Below are positions 34,551 to 43,053 of a stretch of DNA of 64,000 nt, piece after piece. Source of the stretch: an archaeon. Its GTDB lineage: Archaea > Nanobdellota > Nanobdellia > Pacearchaeales > GW2011-AR1. Made by a program: the position numbers and the translations under genes. The stretch is taken from positions 132,491 to 196,490 of the forward strand of contig JABHZE010000006.1 of the NCBI GenBank assembly GCA_018653485.1, read 5' to 3'. Each line of letters starts with the position of its first letter. The stretch's first letter is position 1. Below the pieces are notes generated by a model. That model had not been told where the DNA came from, ran no database searches, and saw nothing but the letters and a program-made list of their open reading frames with translations.

Positions 34551-34931
34551 TTGTATGAAGAGGTTAAGTTCATGAAAATAGAGAGAAAAGTTATTACATT
34601 ATCAATATTATTTTTATTAGTTATTTTTATTGGTTCTTATTTTTACCATATGGCTGAGGGTTGGAGTTACATGGATTCTATTTATTTTGTTGTAATCACT
34701 ATTACTACTATTGGTTATGGGGATTTTGTTCCTATTACTAATTTTGGAAAAATTTTCACAATATTTTTTTCGTTTTTAGGAATTGCAATGGCGTTTTATA
34801 TTATTTCATCGATTAATCATTTTATGATTAAGAAACATGTAAGTAAACATGTAAGTGCTTTAAAGCATGATATAAAGGAAGGGGAAATTAAGGTGGAGAG
34901 GGGTAAAAAGGTTAAGAGAGTTAAGAGATAA
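34551..34931 (+). CDS. Two-TM potassium channel
   Basis: Selectivity filter TTIGYGD flanked by two TM helices. Confidence 0.75.
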   Translation: MYEEVKFMKIERKVITLSILFLLVIFIGSYFYHMAEGWSYMDSIYFVVITITTIGYGDFVPITNFGKIFTIFFSFLGIAMAFYIISSINHFMIKKHVSKHVSALKHDIKEGEIKVERGKKVKRVKR

Positions 34932-34940
34932 TTAAAGTAA

Positions 34941-35255
34941 TTAACATTCTCTTTTAATTTGTTCTGAGGTTCTAGGATCTTCCCAGTTTTCTGGAAATTG
35001 AACTGCTGCACCTGTGATGGGATTTTTAGAAGTTAGATTATTGTTGTTGCATTCTAAAATATAATCTTGACAATAATTTGAAGAGTTGCAAATGGCTTTT
35101 GTATAGGTTGTTATATTTTTTGGAGATGCTTGTTGAATTGCATTTCCTGTTATTGATTGATTAAAGGTTAAGAATAATGCTGAAAATAAAGTTAAGAGTA
35201 AGGTTATTGAGATAATTATTAAAATTAGGGTTATAATTATTGGTTTAAGTTTCAT
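34941..35255 (-). CDS. Small secreted Cys-containing protein
   Basis: Signal/anchor IIITLILIIISITLLLTLFSALF, then a Cys-containing 60 aa. Confidence 0.35.
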   Translation of the reverse strand: MKLKPIIITLILIIISITLLLTLFSALFLTFNQSITGNAIQQASPKNITTYTKAICNSSNYCQDYILECNNNNLTSKNPITGAAVQFPENWEDPRTSEQIKREC

Positions 35256-35334
35256 GATATTGTTAGGTTATCTTGGTTTAAAAAATAATTCTTTAGTATA
35301 GAAAACAATATAAGTCTTAAAAACATTATATAAT

Positions 35335-35622
35335 ATGGTTAGGAGATTAATACCTCTTGAACAAAGAGCAGAAGGAATTTGTATTTCTGGGAGTAATCAT
35401 TATTTTGGTAATGATGGATTTTATGAGTGTGGTTTGTTTTATGTTTCAGATGAAGATGATTTGATGGCTAAAGCTAAATGTGCAGGAGCAAATGCTTATT
35501 GTTTGGAAGATAAAAATAGTAGGATTTCTGAAGGATGTGAGGTTTCTTTATATTATATTGACGATGAATGTTATAGGTTTGGATTAAGGGTTTTGGGGGA
35601 TGATGGGGATTCTAAGTTATGA
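35335..35622 (+). CDS. Hypothetical protein (orphan, Cys/Gly/Asp-rich)
   Basis: 95-aa ORF directly upstream of aspS. No motif recognised. Confidence 0.3.
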   Translation: MVRRLIPLEQRAEGICISGSNHYFGNDGFYECGLFYVSDEDDLMAKAKCAGANAYCLEDKNSRISEGCEVSLYYIDDECYRFGLRVLGDDGDSKL

Positions 35623-35627
35623 ATAAA

Positions 35628-35635
35628 TTTATAAA
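35628..35635 (+). promoter_or_regulatory. TATA box, leaderless spacing to the aspS ATG
   Basis: TTTATAAA centred about 23-26 nt upstream of the ATGATG at 35654. Confidence 0.45.
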
Positions 35636-35653
35636 TCCCAAATATCCCCTAAT

Positions 35654-36949
35654 ATGATGGAAAGAACACAGATTAAAGATGTATTTGCAAAGAAAGGAGA
35701 AGTAGAGCTTCAAGGATGGGTGCATGATACTAGGGATTTAAGTAAGATACGATTTTTAGTTCTTAAGGATGTTACTGGAAGAATACAAACTATTGGAATA
35801 AAAGGAGAAACATCTGAAGAAGTATTTGATTTAATGGATAAAGTTCCTAGAGAATCTGCTGTGAAAATAATAGGGGAGTTGAAAGATAGTAAACAAGCAC
35901 CTGGTGGAAAAGAAGTTTTAATAAAAGAATTAGAGATTATTGCAGAAGCAGAGCAACCACTTCCAATTGATGTTTCAGATCATTCTAAAACAGAGTTACC
36001 TAAAAGATTAGATAATAGGTTTTTAGATTTACATAGAGAAAGAACTCAAGCTATTTTTAAAATACAATCAACAATGATGCAAGCTTATAGAGAGTTTATG
36101 ATTCAAGAGGGGGCTGTTGAAGCTGTTTTCCCTTCTATAATTGGTTCAAGTTCTGAAGGTGGAACAGAGACATTTAAAATGAAATATTTTGAAAAAACAG
36201 CTTTCTTATCTCAAAGTTGTCAGTTATACAAACAAATGTTAGCTTGTTCAATGGAAAAAGTATTTACTATATTTTCTGTTTGGAGAGCTGAAAAACATAA
36301 TACTATTAGGCATTTAAATGAAGCAAGGCAATTTGATTATGAAGAAGGATTTGCAGATGAATTCAAAGTAATGAAAGTTATGGGAGAGTGTGTTCAATAT
36401 ATTGTTAAAAAAATATTAGAAGAAAGAAAATCAGAATTAGAATTGCTGGATGTTAAATTAAAAGTTCCAAAAATTAAATATTTGACTTTTGAAGAGGTTG
36501 ATGAATTAATGAAGAAAAATAAAACTCCTATGGAGAAATATGATTTAACAAATGAGGCTGAAGGTAAATTAGATGATTTATTTCCTGATACAATAGTTTT
36601 TGTTCATGATTGGCCTTTAGCAAAGAAACCTTTTTACATAATGCCTAAGGATAAAAAAGATTCAAAAGGAAATCAATTATCATGTGGATTTGATGCAATC
36701 TATAAGGGAATTGAATTATCTTCTGGTGGACAGAGAATACATATACCTGATTTATTAGTTGAAAGATTAAAGGTAAATAATCTTAATCCTAAAGATTTTA
36801 AAGGATATATAGATAGTTTTAGATATGGTGCTCCGCCTCATGCTGGTTGGGGAATGGGATTAGAAAGATTAACAATGATGGTTTTAGGTTTAAAGAATAT
36901 TCGAGAAGGTGTATTGTTTCCTAGAGATAGAGATAGGTTGACTCCTTAG
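35654..36949 (+). CDS. aspS: Aspartyl-tRNA synthetase, archaeal type (likely non-discriminating given GatCAB and tRNA-Asn context)
   Basis: 431 aa. OB anticodon-binding domain, class II motifs, GAPPHAGWGMGLERL, FPRDRDRLTP. Confidence 0.9.
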   Translation: MMERTQIKDVFAKKGEVELQGWVHDTRDLSKIRFLVLKDVTGRIQTIGIKGETSEEVFDLMDKVPRESAVKIIGELKDSKQAPGGKEVLIKELEIIAEAEQPLPIDVSDHSKTELPKRLDNRFLDLHRERTQAIFKIQSTMMQAYREFMIQEGAVEAVFPSIIGSSSEGGTETFKMKYFEKTAFLSQSCQLYKQMLACSMEKVFTIFSVWRAEKHNTIRHLNEARQFDYEEGFADEFKVMKVMGECVQYIVKKILEERKSELELLDVKLKVPKIKYLTFEEVDELMKKNKTPMEKYDLTNEAEGKLDDLFPDTIVFVHDWPLAKKPFYIMPKDKKDSKGNQLSCGFDAIYKGIELSSGGQRIHIPDLLVERLKVNNLNPKDFKGYIDSFRYGAPPHAGWGMGLERLTMMVLGLKNIREGVLFPRDRDRLTP

Positions 36950-36979
36950 AATAATTCTTAAGTAACAACAAAAAGAAAC

Positions 36980-36988
36980 ATTTAAAAA
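36980..36988 (+). promoter_or_regulatory. TATA box, leaderless spacing to the 37010 ATG
   Basis: ATTTAAAAA centred about 26 nt upstream. Confidence 0.4.
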
Positions 36989-37009
36989 CCTTTATTTTAT
37001 TCATATTTA

Positions 37010-37564
37010 ATGGTAAGTTTTAAAGATTATACTAAAAAAGCAGTTAGAAATACTGTTAAGGATGATGTTAACTCTTGGATAGCTAATAAGAGAGAAGTAA
37101 TTAGCTTAGATAATTCTGCTTTATTCAAGGCAAGAGATATAGGATTTGTAGATGAAGTTGTTGCTTTTTTAGCTGAAGGAAATTTAACTCCTCAATTAAA
37201 AGGAGGAGCAAAACATCATGCTCAAAATGGAAATCCTGGGCAATATATGGATATTGATTTATTAGTATCGCTTCAGGGAGAGAATCGGGAAAATGTTAAT
37301 ACACAAGTTATGAAATTAATAAATGCTAGTCAAGGTTTAGATCAAATTAATGATTGGGAAGTAGAGAAAGACCCTTCACAAAATCTTAAGTATGTTGGAA
37401 CAGGAGTAGATTACAGATTTAAATTAACTAGCCCTAAGACAGGAACTGTTATTGATTTAAACTTTGGCACAGATTACGGGATAGATACAATTATAAGAAA
37501 AGTAAGGGAATCAGGTTATTTTATTGACCTTAATTCAACTATGAATCCTTTTAGAGGCAGATAG
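37010..37564 (+). CDS. Hypothetical protein with nucleotidyltransferase-like core
   Basis: LKGGAKHHAQNGNPGQYMDIDLLVS (GG-x13-DxD) and later TVIDLNFG. Confidence 0.35.
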   Translation: MVSFKDYTKKAVRNTVKDDVNSWIANKREVISLDNSALFKARDIGFVDEVVAFLAEGNLTPQLKGGAKHHAQNGNPGQYMDIDLLVSLQGENRENVNTQVMKLINASQGLDQINDWEVEKDPSQNLKYVGTGVDYRFKLTSPKTGTVIDLNFGTDYGIDTIIRKVRESGYFIDLNSTMNPFRGR

Positions 37565-37612
37565 ATTTTTTAGTTTAGAAAGTTGTTACTCTGGAGTTAT
37601 AACTTTAGTAAG

Positions 37613-37621
37613 TTTTATAAA
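37613..37621 (+). promoter_or_regulatory. TATA box, leaderless spacing to the 37643 ATG
   Basis: TTTTATAAA centred about 26 nt upstream. Confidence 0.4.
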
Positions 37622-37642
37622 CCTTGATTTATCTGTTTTTTT

Positions 37643-38554
37643 ATGACACAATTAACAACAGAACAACTTAATAGAAGAATGTTATGTTTAGCTTATGAAG
37701 GAAAATTAGACTTAGGTTTAGATGGAAGGCTACCAAATGATATTAAAGTTTTAGGGTATCATGAAAGGGCTGTAGAGGAGTTTTATCCTTATTCTGATGG
37801 ATTAAGAGATAAAATAAAAACCCCAATGGAAGGATTAGATAATTTTTTAGAGTATTTAAGAGAAACTTGTAGTCCTTTAGGAACATTTGAACCTGAAATT
37901 GAATTAGCTCATGCAAAGAAAAATGCAGAATTATATGAACCCACATTAGATAGTTTTTCAGGAGATAATAGAATTGTTATTTATCCATTAAAAAAATTTG
38001 GAGTAGAATTTGATTTAGAAGCAAAAGCAATGGTTGGTGGAAGATGGATTTCAGTCAGCACAACTCAATATGATCCAAGGGGCGCACATCATTTTATGGA
38101 ATATGATTTTGATGATGAAGGATTATTTCCTAATAGATTCCCCCTTAAAATTAGTGATGAAGGAAGTTATTTTGATAGATATACTCATCTTGCAAGAAGT
38201 GTTTTAAAAGTTCAACTTGAATCAGGTATTACAAATAGAATCAGTGAGAAATTAGATAATTTGGCTGCAATGAGGGGAGATTATGATGAAATTGAGAGCT
38301 TTGAATTTAGTGCTATGATTAGTCAAGAAGAATATGAATTAGATGTAGTAAGTAATGCAATTTTAAAAAGATGGATTTTAGAAAAAACTCCTGAAGAAGT
38401 AAGAAAGATGATTGAATTTAATCCTAATGGTATTAATAATGCTGATGCAGATGCTTCTTTAAATGCAGTTTTAGAAAATGGTGTAGAAAGAAGTATTGAA
38501 TATTTTTTAGAGGAATTTTGGGATTTTGATAGGTTTAAGAGAGGGGATTATTAG
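37643..38554 (+). CDS. Hypothetical protein (303 aa orphan)
   Basis: Long acidic ORF following the NTase-like gene. No motif recognised. Confidence 0.4.
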   Translation: MTQLTTEQLNRRMLCLAYEGKLDLGLDGRLPNDIKVLGYHERAVEEFYPYSDGLRDKIKTPMEGLDNFLEYLRETCSPLGTFEPEIELAHAKKNAELYEPTLDSFSGDNRIVIYPLKKFGVEFDLEAKAMVGGRWISVSTTQYDPRGAHHFMEYDFDDEGLFPNRFPLKISDEGSYFDRYTHLARSVLKVQLESGITNRISEKLDNLAAMRGDYDEIESFEFSAMISQEEYELDVVSNAILKRWILEKTPEEVRKMIEFNPNGINNADADASLNAVLENGVERSIEYFLEEFWDFDRFKRGDY

Positions 38555-38558
38555 TGAT

Positions 38559-39026
38559 TTATAATATTAAAAATATTATTCCAATTATTAATAAAATTAT
38601 AAAAATTATTTCATATAATGCTATATTTATTCTAAATCCTGCTTCTTTTGTTTTTATTGTTTTTTGAGGAGTTATAAAAATTTGAGGAATATAATCCAAA
38701 AACATATGAGAGTAATAAGCAATTGCTAATATGTAACTTATTATTGGGTTAATAAAATAAGTTGCGATTATAATAAGTGTGATAAGGATAAAACCTAATT
38801 TATGATGTATAAATGTTCTTTCAGGTTCTTTTTTATAAACTGCTCCATTCCAGGCGTGTTTGAGATTCCAGTCCTTGTGTTTAATTCCATAATAAATAAA
38901 ATGGTCTATGTCGATTAATGTTGCTATTAGTGCAGTGATTAGTGCTATTTGATGGTTAAAAATGTTGTATTTAACTAGGATTTCTCCTATGAAAAATGCA
39001 AATAAAAAATGTGTGAATGGGTACAT
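38559..39026 (-). CDS. Membrane-bound metal-dependent hydrolase (YdjM/DUF457-like)
   Basis: MYPFTHFLFAFFIGE start, IDIDHF, multiple TM segments. Confidence 0.55.
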   Translation of the reverse strand: MYPFTHFLFAFFIGEILVKYNIFNHQIALITALIATLIDIDHFIYYGIKHKDWNLKHAWNGAVYKKEPERTFIHHKLGFILITLIIIATYFINPIISYILAIAYYSHMFLDYIPQIFITPQKTIKTKEAGFRINIALYEIIFIILLIIGIIFLIL

Positions 39027-39102
39027 TAAAGGAATAAGTTAGAAGAGTATAAAAATCTAAGGTTATCTTGAGTTTAATTAATTTTAAATAGGTTTTAATC
39101 TA

Positions 39103-39363
39103 ATGTTAAATATGGATAGAGATAAGATTAATAGAGAAGCTAAAGAACTTTTGGATAAATTTGCAAGTGCTCTTGATAAGGCAGGTGTTAAGGATGAAGG
39201 TGGATTTGTGGATAGAGAAGGTTTTGAGCGAGTGGAAGGTAAGAGGGGTTTTGAATCTAAAGATTCAAGAGGGGACTCTAGTGATTTTAAAAAAAGAGTT
39301 TTGGAAAATGCTCCTGAGAGTAAGGATGATTTTATAATTGTTGAAAAAGGTGATTGGAAATAA
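39103..39363 (+). CDS. gatC: GatC-like small subunit (archaeal short form)
   Basis: C-terminal FKKRVLENAPESKDDFIIVEKGDW resembles the GatC ...NAP..(D/E)G.F.VP... tail. Sits upstream of gatA. Confidence 0.45.
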   Translation: MLNMDRDKINREAKELLDKFASALDKAGVKDEGGFVDREGFERVEGKRGFESKDSRGDSSDFKKRVLENAPESKDDFIIVEKGDWK

Positions 39364-40034
39364 TGGGGGGGGAAAATGGGAATTGTAATAGGGATGTGAA
39401 AGGGAGATATATTGGGGGGAATGAAAAGGGTAAGGGGAAAAGTATTTGTGAAGTTGTTGGAGAGAATGGAAATGGAAAACTTAAAAGTACAGGTATTGAA
39501 GTTAAGTTAAATAAAGATGGAAGTATTAATAAGAGAATGATTTCTAAGATGAAGGATGGATTGACAGGAAACATGTTGGCAAGGCCACCTCATTCAATTT
39601 TTGAAGAGATTGATGAAGGAAGGTTGACTCCTAAGGTTTTTTTGATTGAAGGACTAAAAGAATTAAAACAAAGGTATGATGATGTTGAGGGTAATACTAG
39701 TACTGATGAAACATTTATTACTATGGAGGGAAGGTATAGTGAGATTGCTAATGATTTGAGGTATTGTATTGGGTTGAATGTTGATAAACATTTAAAAAAG
39801 GCTAAGAAACTTTGTGGTGATAAAATTAAAAATTGTTCTAATGATGAAATGTCTATACAATTAACTGATAATGTGAGGGGAAGGTATCTTGAACTCTATA
39901 ATAAAAAGATTGAAGAAGACAAAAGACTTGAGGAAGCTGGGAGAGGAAGAGGGATTGTTCATTTTGATTCTCCTCCTATTTATACTCGGGAGGAATTAGG
40001 ATTAAATTATTTGCCTGATGAAGGGGTTGTGTAA
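39363..40034 (+). CDS. Hypothetical protein (223 aa) between gatC-like and gatA
   Basis: ATG overlaps the gatC stop (TAATG). Its stop is 1 nt before the gatA ATG. G/N/K-rich N-terminus. No motif recognised. Confidence 0.45.
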   Translation: MGGENGNCNRDVKGRYIGGNEKGKGKSICEVVGENGNGKLKSTGIEVKLNKDGSINKRMISKMKDGLTGNMLARPPHSIFEEIDEGRLTPKVFLIEGLKELKQRYDDVEGNTSTDETFITMEGRYSEIANDLRYCIGLNVDKHLKKAKKLCGDKIKNCSNDEMSIQLTDNVRGRYLELYNKKIEEDKRLEEAGRGRGIVHFDSPPIYTREELGLNYLPDEGVV

Positions 40035-40035
40035 A

Positions 40036-41379
40036 ATGTTAAAAGAAAAAATAAAACAAATTAGGTTAGGGAAGTTAAGTGTAGTTGAGAATATAAAAGG
40101 ATACTTAGATAAAATTTCTAAAGATAATAAAGATTTGAATTGTATTTTGGTTGTGAATGATAAAGCTTTGGAAGAGGCTAAGAAATTAGATACTAGGATT
40201 AAAAGTGGAGAAAAGGTTGGTAAGTTAGCTGGTTTAGGTTTTGTTGTTAAAAGTAATATTAATGTTAAAGGATTGAAAGTGAATTGTGCTTCTAAAACTC
40301 TTGAAGATTATAATGGAACATATGATGCTAGTGTGATTGAGAAGTTGCTTGCTGAGGATGCTATTGTTTTAGGGATGGCTAATATGGATGAGTTTGCATC
40401 TGGTGGTTCTGGAGAGACAAGTGGTTTTGGTGTTTGTAAAAATCCTGTTGCTAAAGATAGAATTCCTGGAGGGAGTAGTAGTGGAAGTGCTAGTGCTGTT
40501 GCAGGGGATTTATGTGATTTTAGTTTAGGAAGTGATACTGGAGGAAGTATAAGAAATCCTGCATCTCATTGTGGAGTTGTTGGAATGAAACCAAGTTATG
40601 GGAGTGTGAGTAGATATGGTTTAATTGATTTAAGTATGAGTTTAGATGTTATTGGGCCTTTAGGAAAAAGTGTTGAAGATGTTGAATTAGTTTATGATAT
40701 TATAAAAGGGAAAGATAAGAATGATGCTACGTCATGGGGGGAGGGAGGTAACAACAGAGTTGTTAAGGGCGTGAAGAATGCTGTGAAGATTGGAATATTG
40801 AATTTTAATGCAGAGGATAAAATTTGGGAGAAGGTGTTGGAACAAATTGAGGTTGTTAAAAGGGAATTTAGCTTTAAATCTGAAAAAGTTAAATTAAATT
40901 ATGTTGAATTAGGGATTCAGACTTATTATCCAATTGTTTATACAGAGTTTTTTTCAGGAACTAGGAAGTTTGATGGAAGAAAATATGGGAAAAAGATTGA
41001 AGAGAGTTGTGGTGAAGAAGTTTTGAGGCGTATATTGGGAGGAGGAGAAATTAGTAAAGCTGAATATGGTGGTAGGTATTATAGAAAAGCATTGCAAGCT
41101 AAGAAATTAATTGAAAAAGAGTTTGAAAAAGCATTTAAGAAATTTGATGTTATTATTTGTCCAACTGTTCCTAAGTTGCCTCATAAATTAGGTGAGAAAA
41201 TTTCTATTGAAGATATGTATGATTATGATGCTATGACTGTTCTTGCAAATTTAGCAGAAGTTCCTGCAATAAGTATTCCTTGCGGAGAAGTTGATGGTAT
41301 TCCTGTTGGAATGCAATTGATTTGTCCTAGGGGAAAAGATAATTTTATGTTAGAGTTGGGGAAAAGGTTTGAGGGATGA
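40036..41379 (+). CDS. gatA: Asp/Glu-tRNA amidotransferase subunit A (amidase signature)
   Basis: GGSSSGSASAVA and GSDTGGSIRNPASHCG amidase signature. Start set at MLKEKIKQIR. Confidence 0.85.
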   Translation: MLKEKIKQIRLGKLSVVENIKGYLDKISKDNKDLNCILVVNDKALEEAKKLDTRIKSGEKVGKLAGLGFVVKSNINVKGLKVNCASKTLEDYNGTYDASVIEKLLAEDAIVLGMANMDEFASGGSGETSGFGVCKNPVAKDRIPGGSSSGSASAVAGDLCDFSLGSDTGGSIRNPASHCGVVGMKPSYGSVSRYGLIDLSMSLDVIGPLGKSVEDVELVYDIIKGKDKNDATSWGEGGNNRVVKGVKNAVKIGILNFNAEDKIWEKVLEQIEVVKREFSFKSEKVKLNYVELGIQTYYPIVYTEFFSGTRKFDGRKYGKKIEESCGEEVLRRILGGGEISKAEYGGRYYRKALQAKKLIEKEFEKAFKKFDVIICPTVPKLPHKLGEKISIEDMYDYDAMTVLANLAEVPAISIPCGEVDGIPVGMQLICPRGKDNFMLELGKRFEG

Positions 41380-41384
41380 GAAAA

Positions 41385-41393
41385 CCTTAAAAG
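41385..41393 (+). promoter_or_regulatory. TATA-like box, leaderless spacing to the 41415 ATG
   Basis: CCTTAAAAG centred about 26 nt upstream. Confidence 0.35.
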
Positions 41394-41414
41394 TTCTGTT
41401 TATTCTTTAATATT

Positions 41415-41924
41415 ATGAGAATTGGAATAATTGGGCCGAGTAAATTAAGTTATGTTGAAGAGATTAATCCTAAGGCTTTGGAGTTAATTGAAGATGTTGC
41501 TGAAAGAATTGCTAAACTTGGACATGAGGTTGTTTTAACTCCTGATAAAGGAAGTGTTTCTGAATTGTTTGCTGAGGCATATTCAAAGAATGATGGGAAA
41601 AAGGTTTTAGAAGTTGTTCCATTAGATGATAAGGAGTTTGGATTAAGTTGGGTTAATTTGGATTTAGGAGAACATATTAATTGTGGGAGTTGGAGAAATC
41701 AACCTGAAAAATTAAATGAAGAAAGTGATGTTCTTTTATGTATTGGTTATTCTGTTGGAGGATTAATTGAAATAGCTTATAGCAAATGGTTTAAACCAAA
41801 AAATGTTTTAATAATTAATGAATTAATTTCTGGAGAACTTCCTAAAGATTCTGTAAGGGATTTAAAATTAGAGTATATTTTTGTTGGTGATTTGGAGAAA
41901 AAATTGATGAACCAAAAATCTTAA
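41415..41924 (+). CDS. SLOG/LOG-like (TIGR00725-type) Rossmann-fold protein
   Basis: MRIGIIGPS start, AKLGHEVVLTPDKG, GYSVGGLIEI resembling the PGGxGTxxE region. Confidence 0.4.
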   Translation: MRIGIIGPSKLSYVEEINPKALELIEDVAERIAKLGHEVVLTPDKGSVSELFAEAYSKNDGKKVLEVVPLDDKEFGLSWVNLDLGEHINCGSWRNQPEKLNEESDVLLCIGYSVGGLIEIAYSKWFKPKNVLIINELISGELPKDSVRDLKLEYIFVGDLEKKLMNQKS

Positions 41925-41950
41925 ATATAACTATTTTCTACCTTAATTAT

Positions 41951-42160
41951 ATGGAAAATATAAATCAAGAAATTTTAAATAAATTAAATCAGATTCAAAT
42001 AGATATTAATATATTAAAGGGAGATAAAGATTCTAATAATGTTCTAACTTCAGAAGAGGAAGAAGAAGTGGATAAGGCAGTCGGAGAATATCAAAGAGGA
42101 GAGAGTATTTCTCTTGATGAAATAAAAAGAGAAAGAGAAAATGCTCAACTTGAGATTTAG
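41951..42160 (+). CDS. Putative antitoxin (partner of the downstream RelE/ParE toxin)
   Basis: 69-aa acidic ORF overlapping the toxin start by 20 nt. Confidence 0.5.
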   Translation: MENINQEILNKLNQIQIDINILKGDKDSNNVLTSEEEEEVDKAVGEYQRGESISLDEIKRERENAQLEI

Positions 42161-42395
42161 TAAAAGTTCAGCAAGATTTTTAAAAAAATGTGATAATTCA
42201 ATTTATAATCGATTAATTAAAAAAATTAATGAGTTGCAATTAAATCCTTTTCCTTCTGATGCAAAAAGAGTAGAAGGAAGAAAAGAAAAAACTTTTAGAA
42301 TCAGAATAGGAGATTATAGAGTGTTATATTTATTAATGAAAGAAAACAATGATTTATTAATTGTAGAAATTAAAAAAAGACAAAGAGCTTATTAA
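42141..42395 (+). CDS. RelE/ParE-family toxin
   Basis: FRIRIGDYRVLYLLMKENNDLLIVEIKKRQRAY. Confidence 0.65.
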   Translation: MLNLRFSKSSARFLKKCDNSIYNRLIKKINELQLNPFPSDAKRVEGRKEKTFRIRIGDYRVLYLLMKENNDLLIVEIKKRQRAY

Positions 42396-42398
42396 AAA

Positions 42399-42953
42399 AT
42401 GATATTTGAAGAACAAAAGAAAAAACAATTAATGAAAAAAGATTTATCTAATGAGGGTAGTTGGGATGTTAAGATTAAGAGTTTATGTAAGAAATTGAAT
42501 AAGAAAAAAAATTATTATACGACTTCTAGTTGTGCTGGGAGAGTTGTTTTGTTAAAAGGTGAGATTGATAAAATTAGAGACGCTTTTCTTTTTAAGAGTC
42601 ATAAAAAAGTTAGTTTTGGAAAGATTAAGGATGCCTTGGGAGAAATAGATTATGATGGGAAAGTTGAGTTTAAACAAAGTTCTTGTATTTTACATGTTGC
42701 TTGTAAAAGTGTTGAGGATGCAGATGAGTTGGTTAAGAAGGCTAAGTTGTCTGGATGGAAACATAGTGGAATTATGGGGATTGGAAAAAGAATTATGATT
42801 GAATTGCATTCAACTGAGAATATAAGCTTTCCAATTATAAGTAATGGAAAGGTTTTAGTTGATGATAATTTTTTGAAAATAGTTATTGATGAGGCAAATG
42901 AGAAATTAGAAAGGGTTTGGAATAAAATTGATAAGCTAAAGGGTTTGATTTAA
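42399..42953 (+). CDS. taw3: tRNA wyosine-derivative methyltransferase Taw3/TYW3-like
   Basis: YTTSSCAGRVVLL (SSCSGR-type motif), CILHVACKS. Confidence 0.6.
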   Translation: MIFEEQKKKQLMKKDLSNEGSWDVKIKSLCKKLNKKKNYYTTSSCAGRVVLLKGEIDKIRDAFLFKSHKKVSFGKIKDALGEIDYDGKVEFKQSSCILHVACKSVEDADELVKKAKLSGWKHSGIMGIGKRIMIELHSTENISFPIISNGKVLVDDNFLKIVIDEANEKLERVWNKIDKLKGLI

Positions 42954-43053
42954 TTTGATTTAGGTTATTTTAATCTGTTTTATAAAACATATATATTTTT
43001 AAAGAATTATTTACTTTTTTGAGTATTAATTATGTGTAAGGAGGTTAAAAGAG

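Noticed and set aside
39332-39574. Minus-strand 80-aa P/F/L/S-rich ORF across the gatC junction
   Set aside because: It is the mirror image of the G-tract-rich plus-strand coding region. The plus-strand ORFs have start/stop coupling and are preferred.
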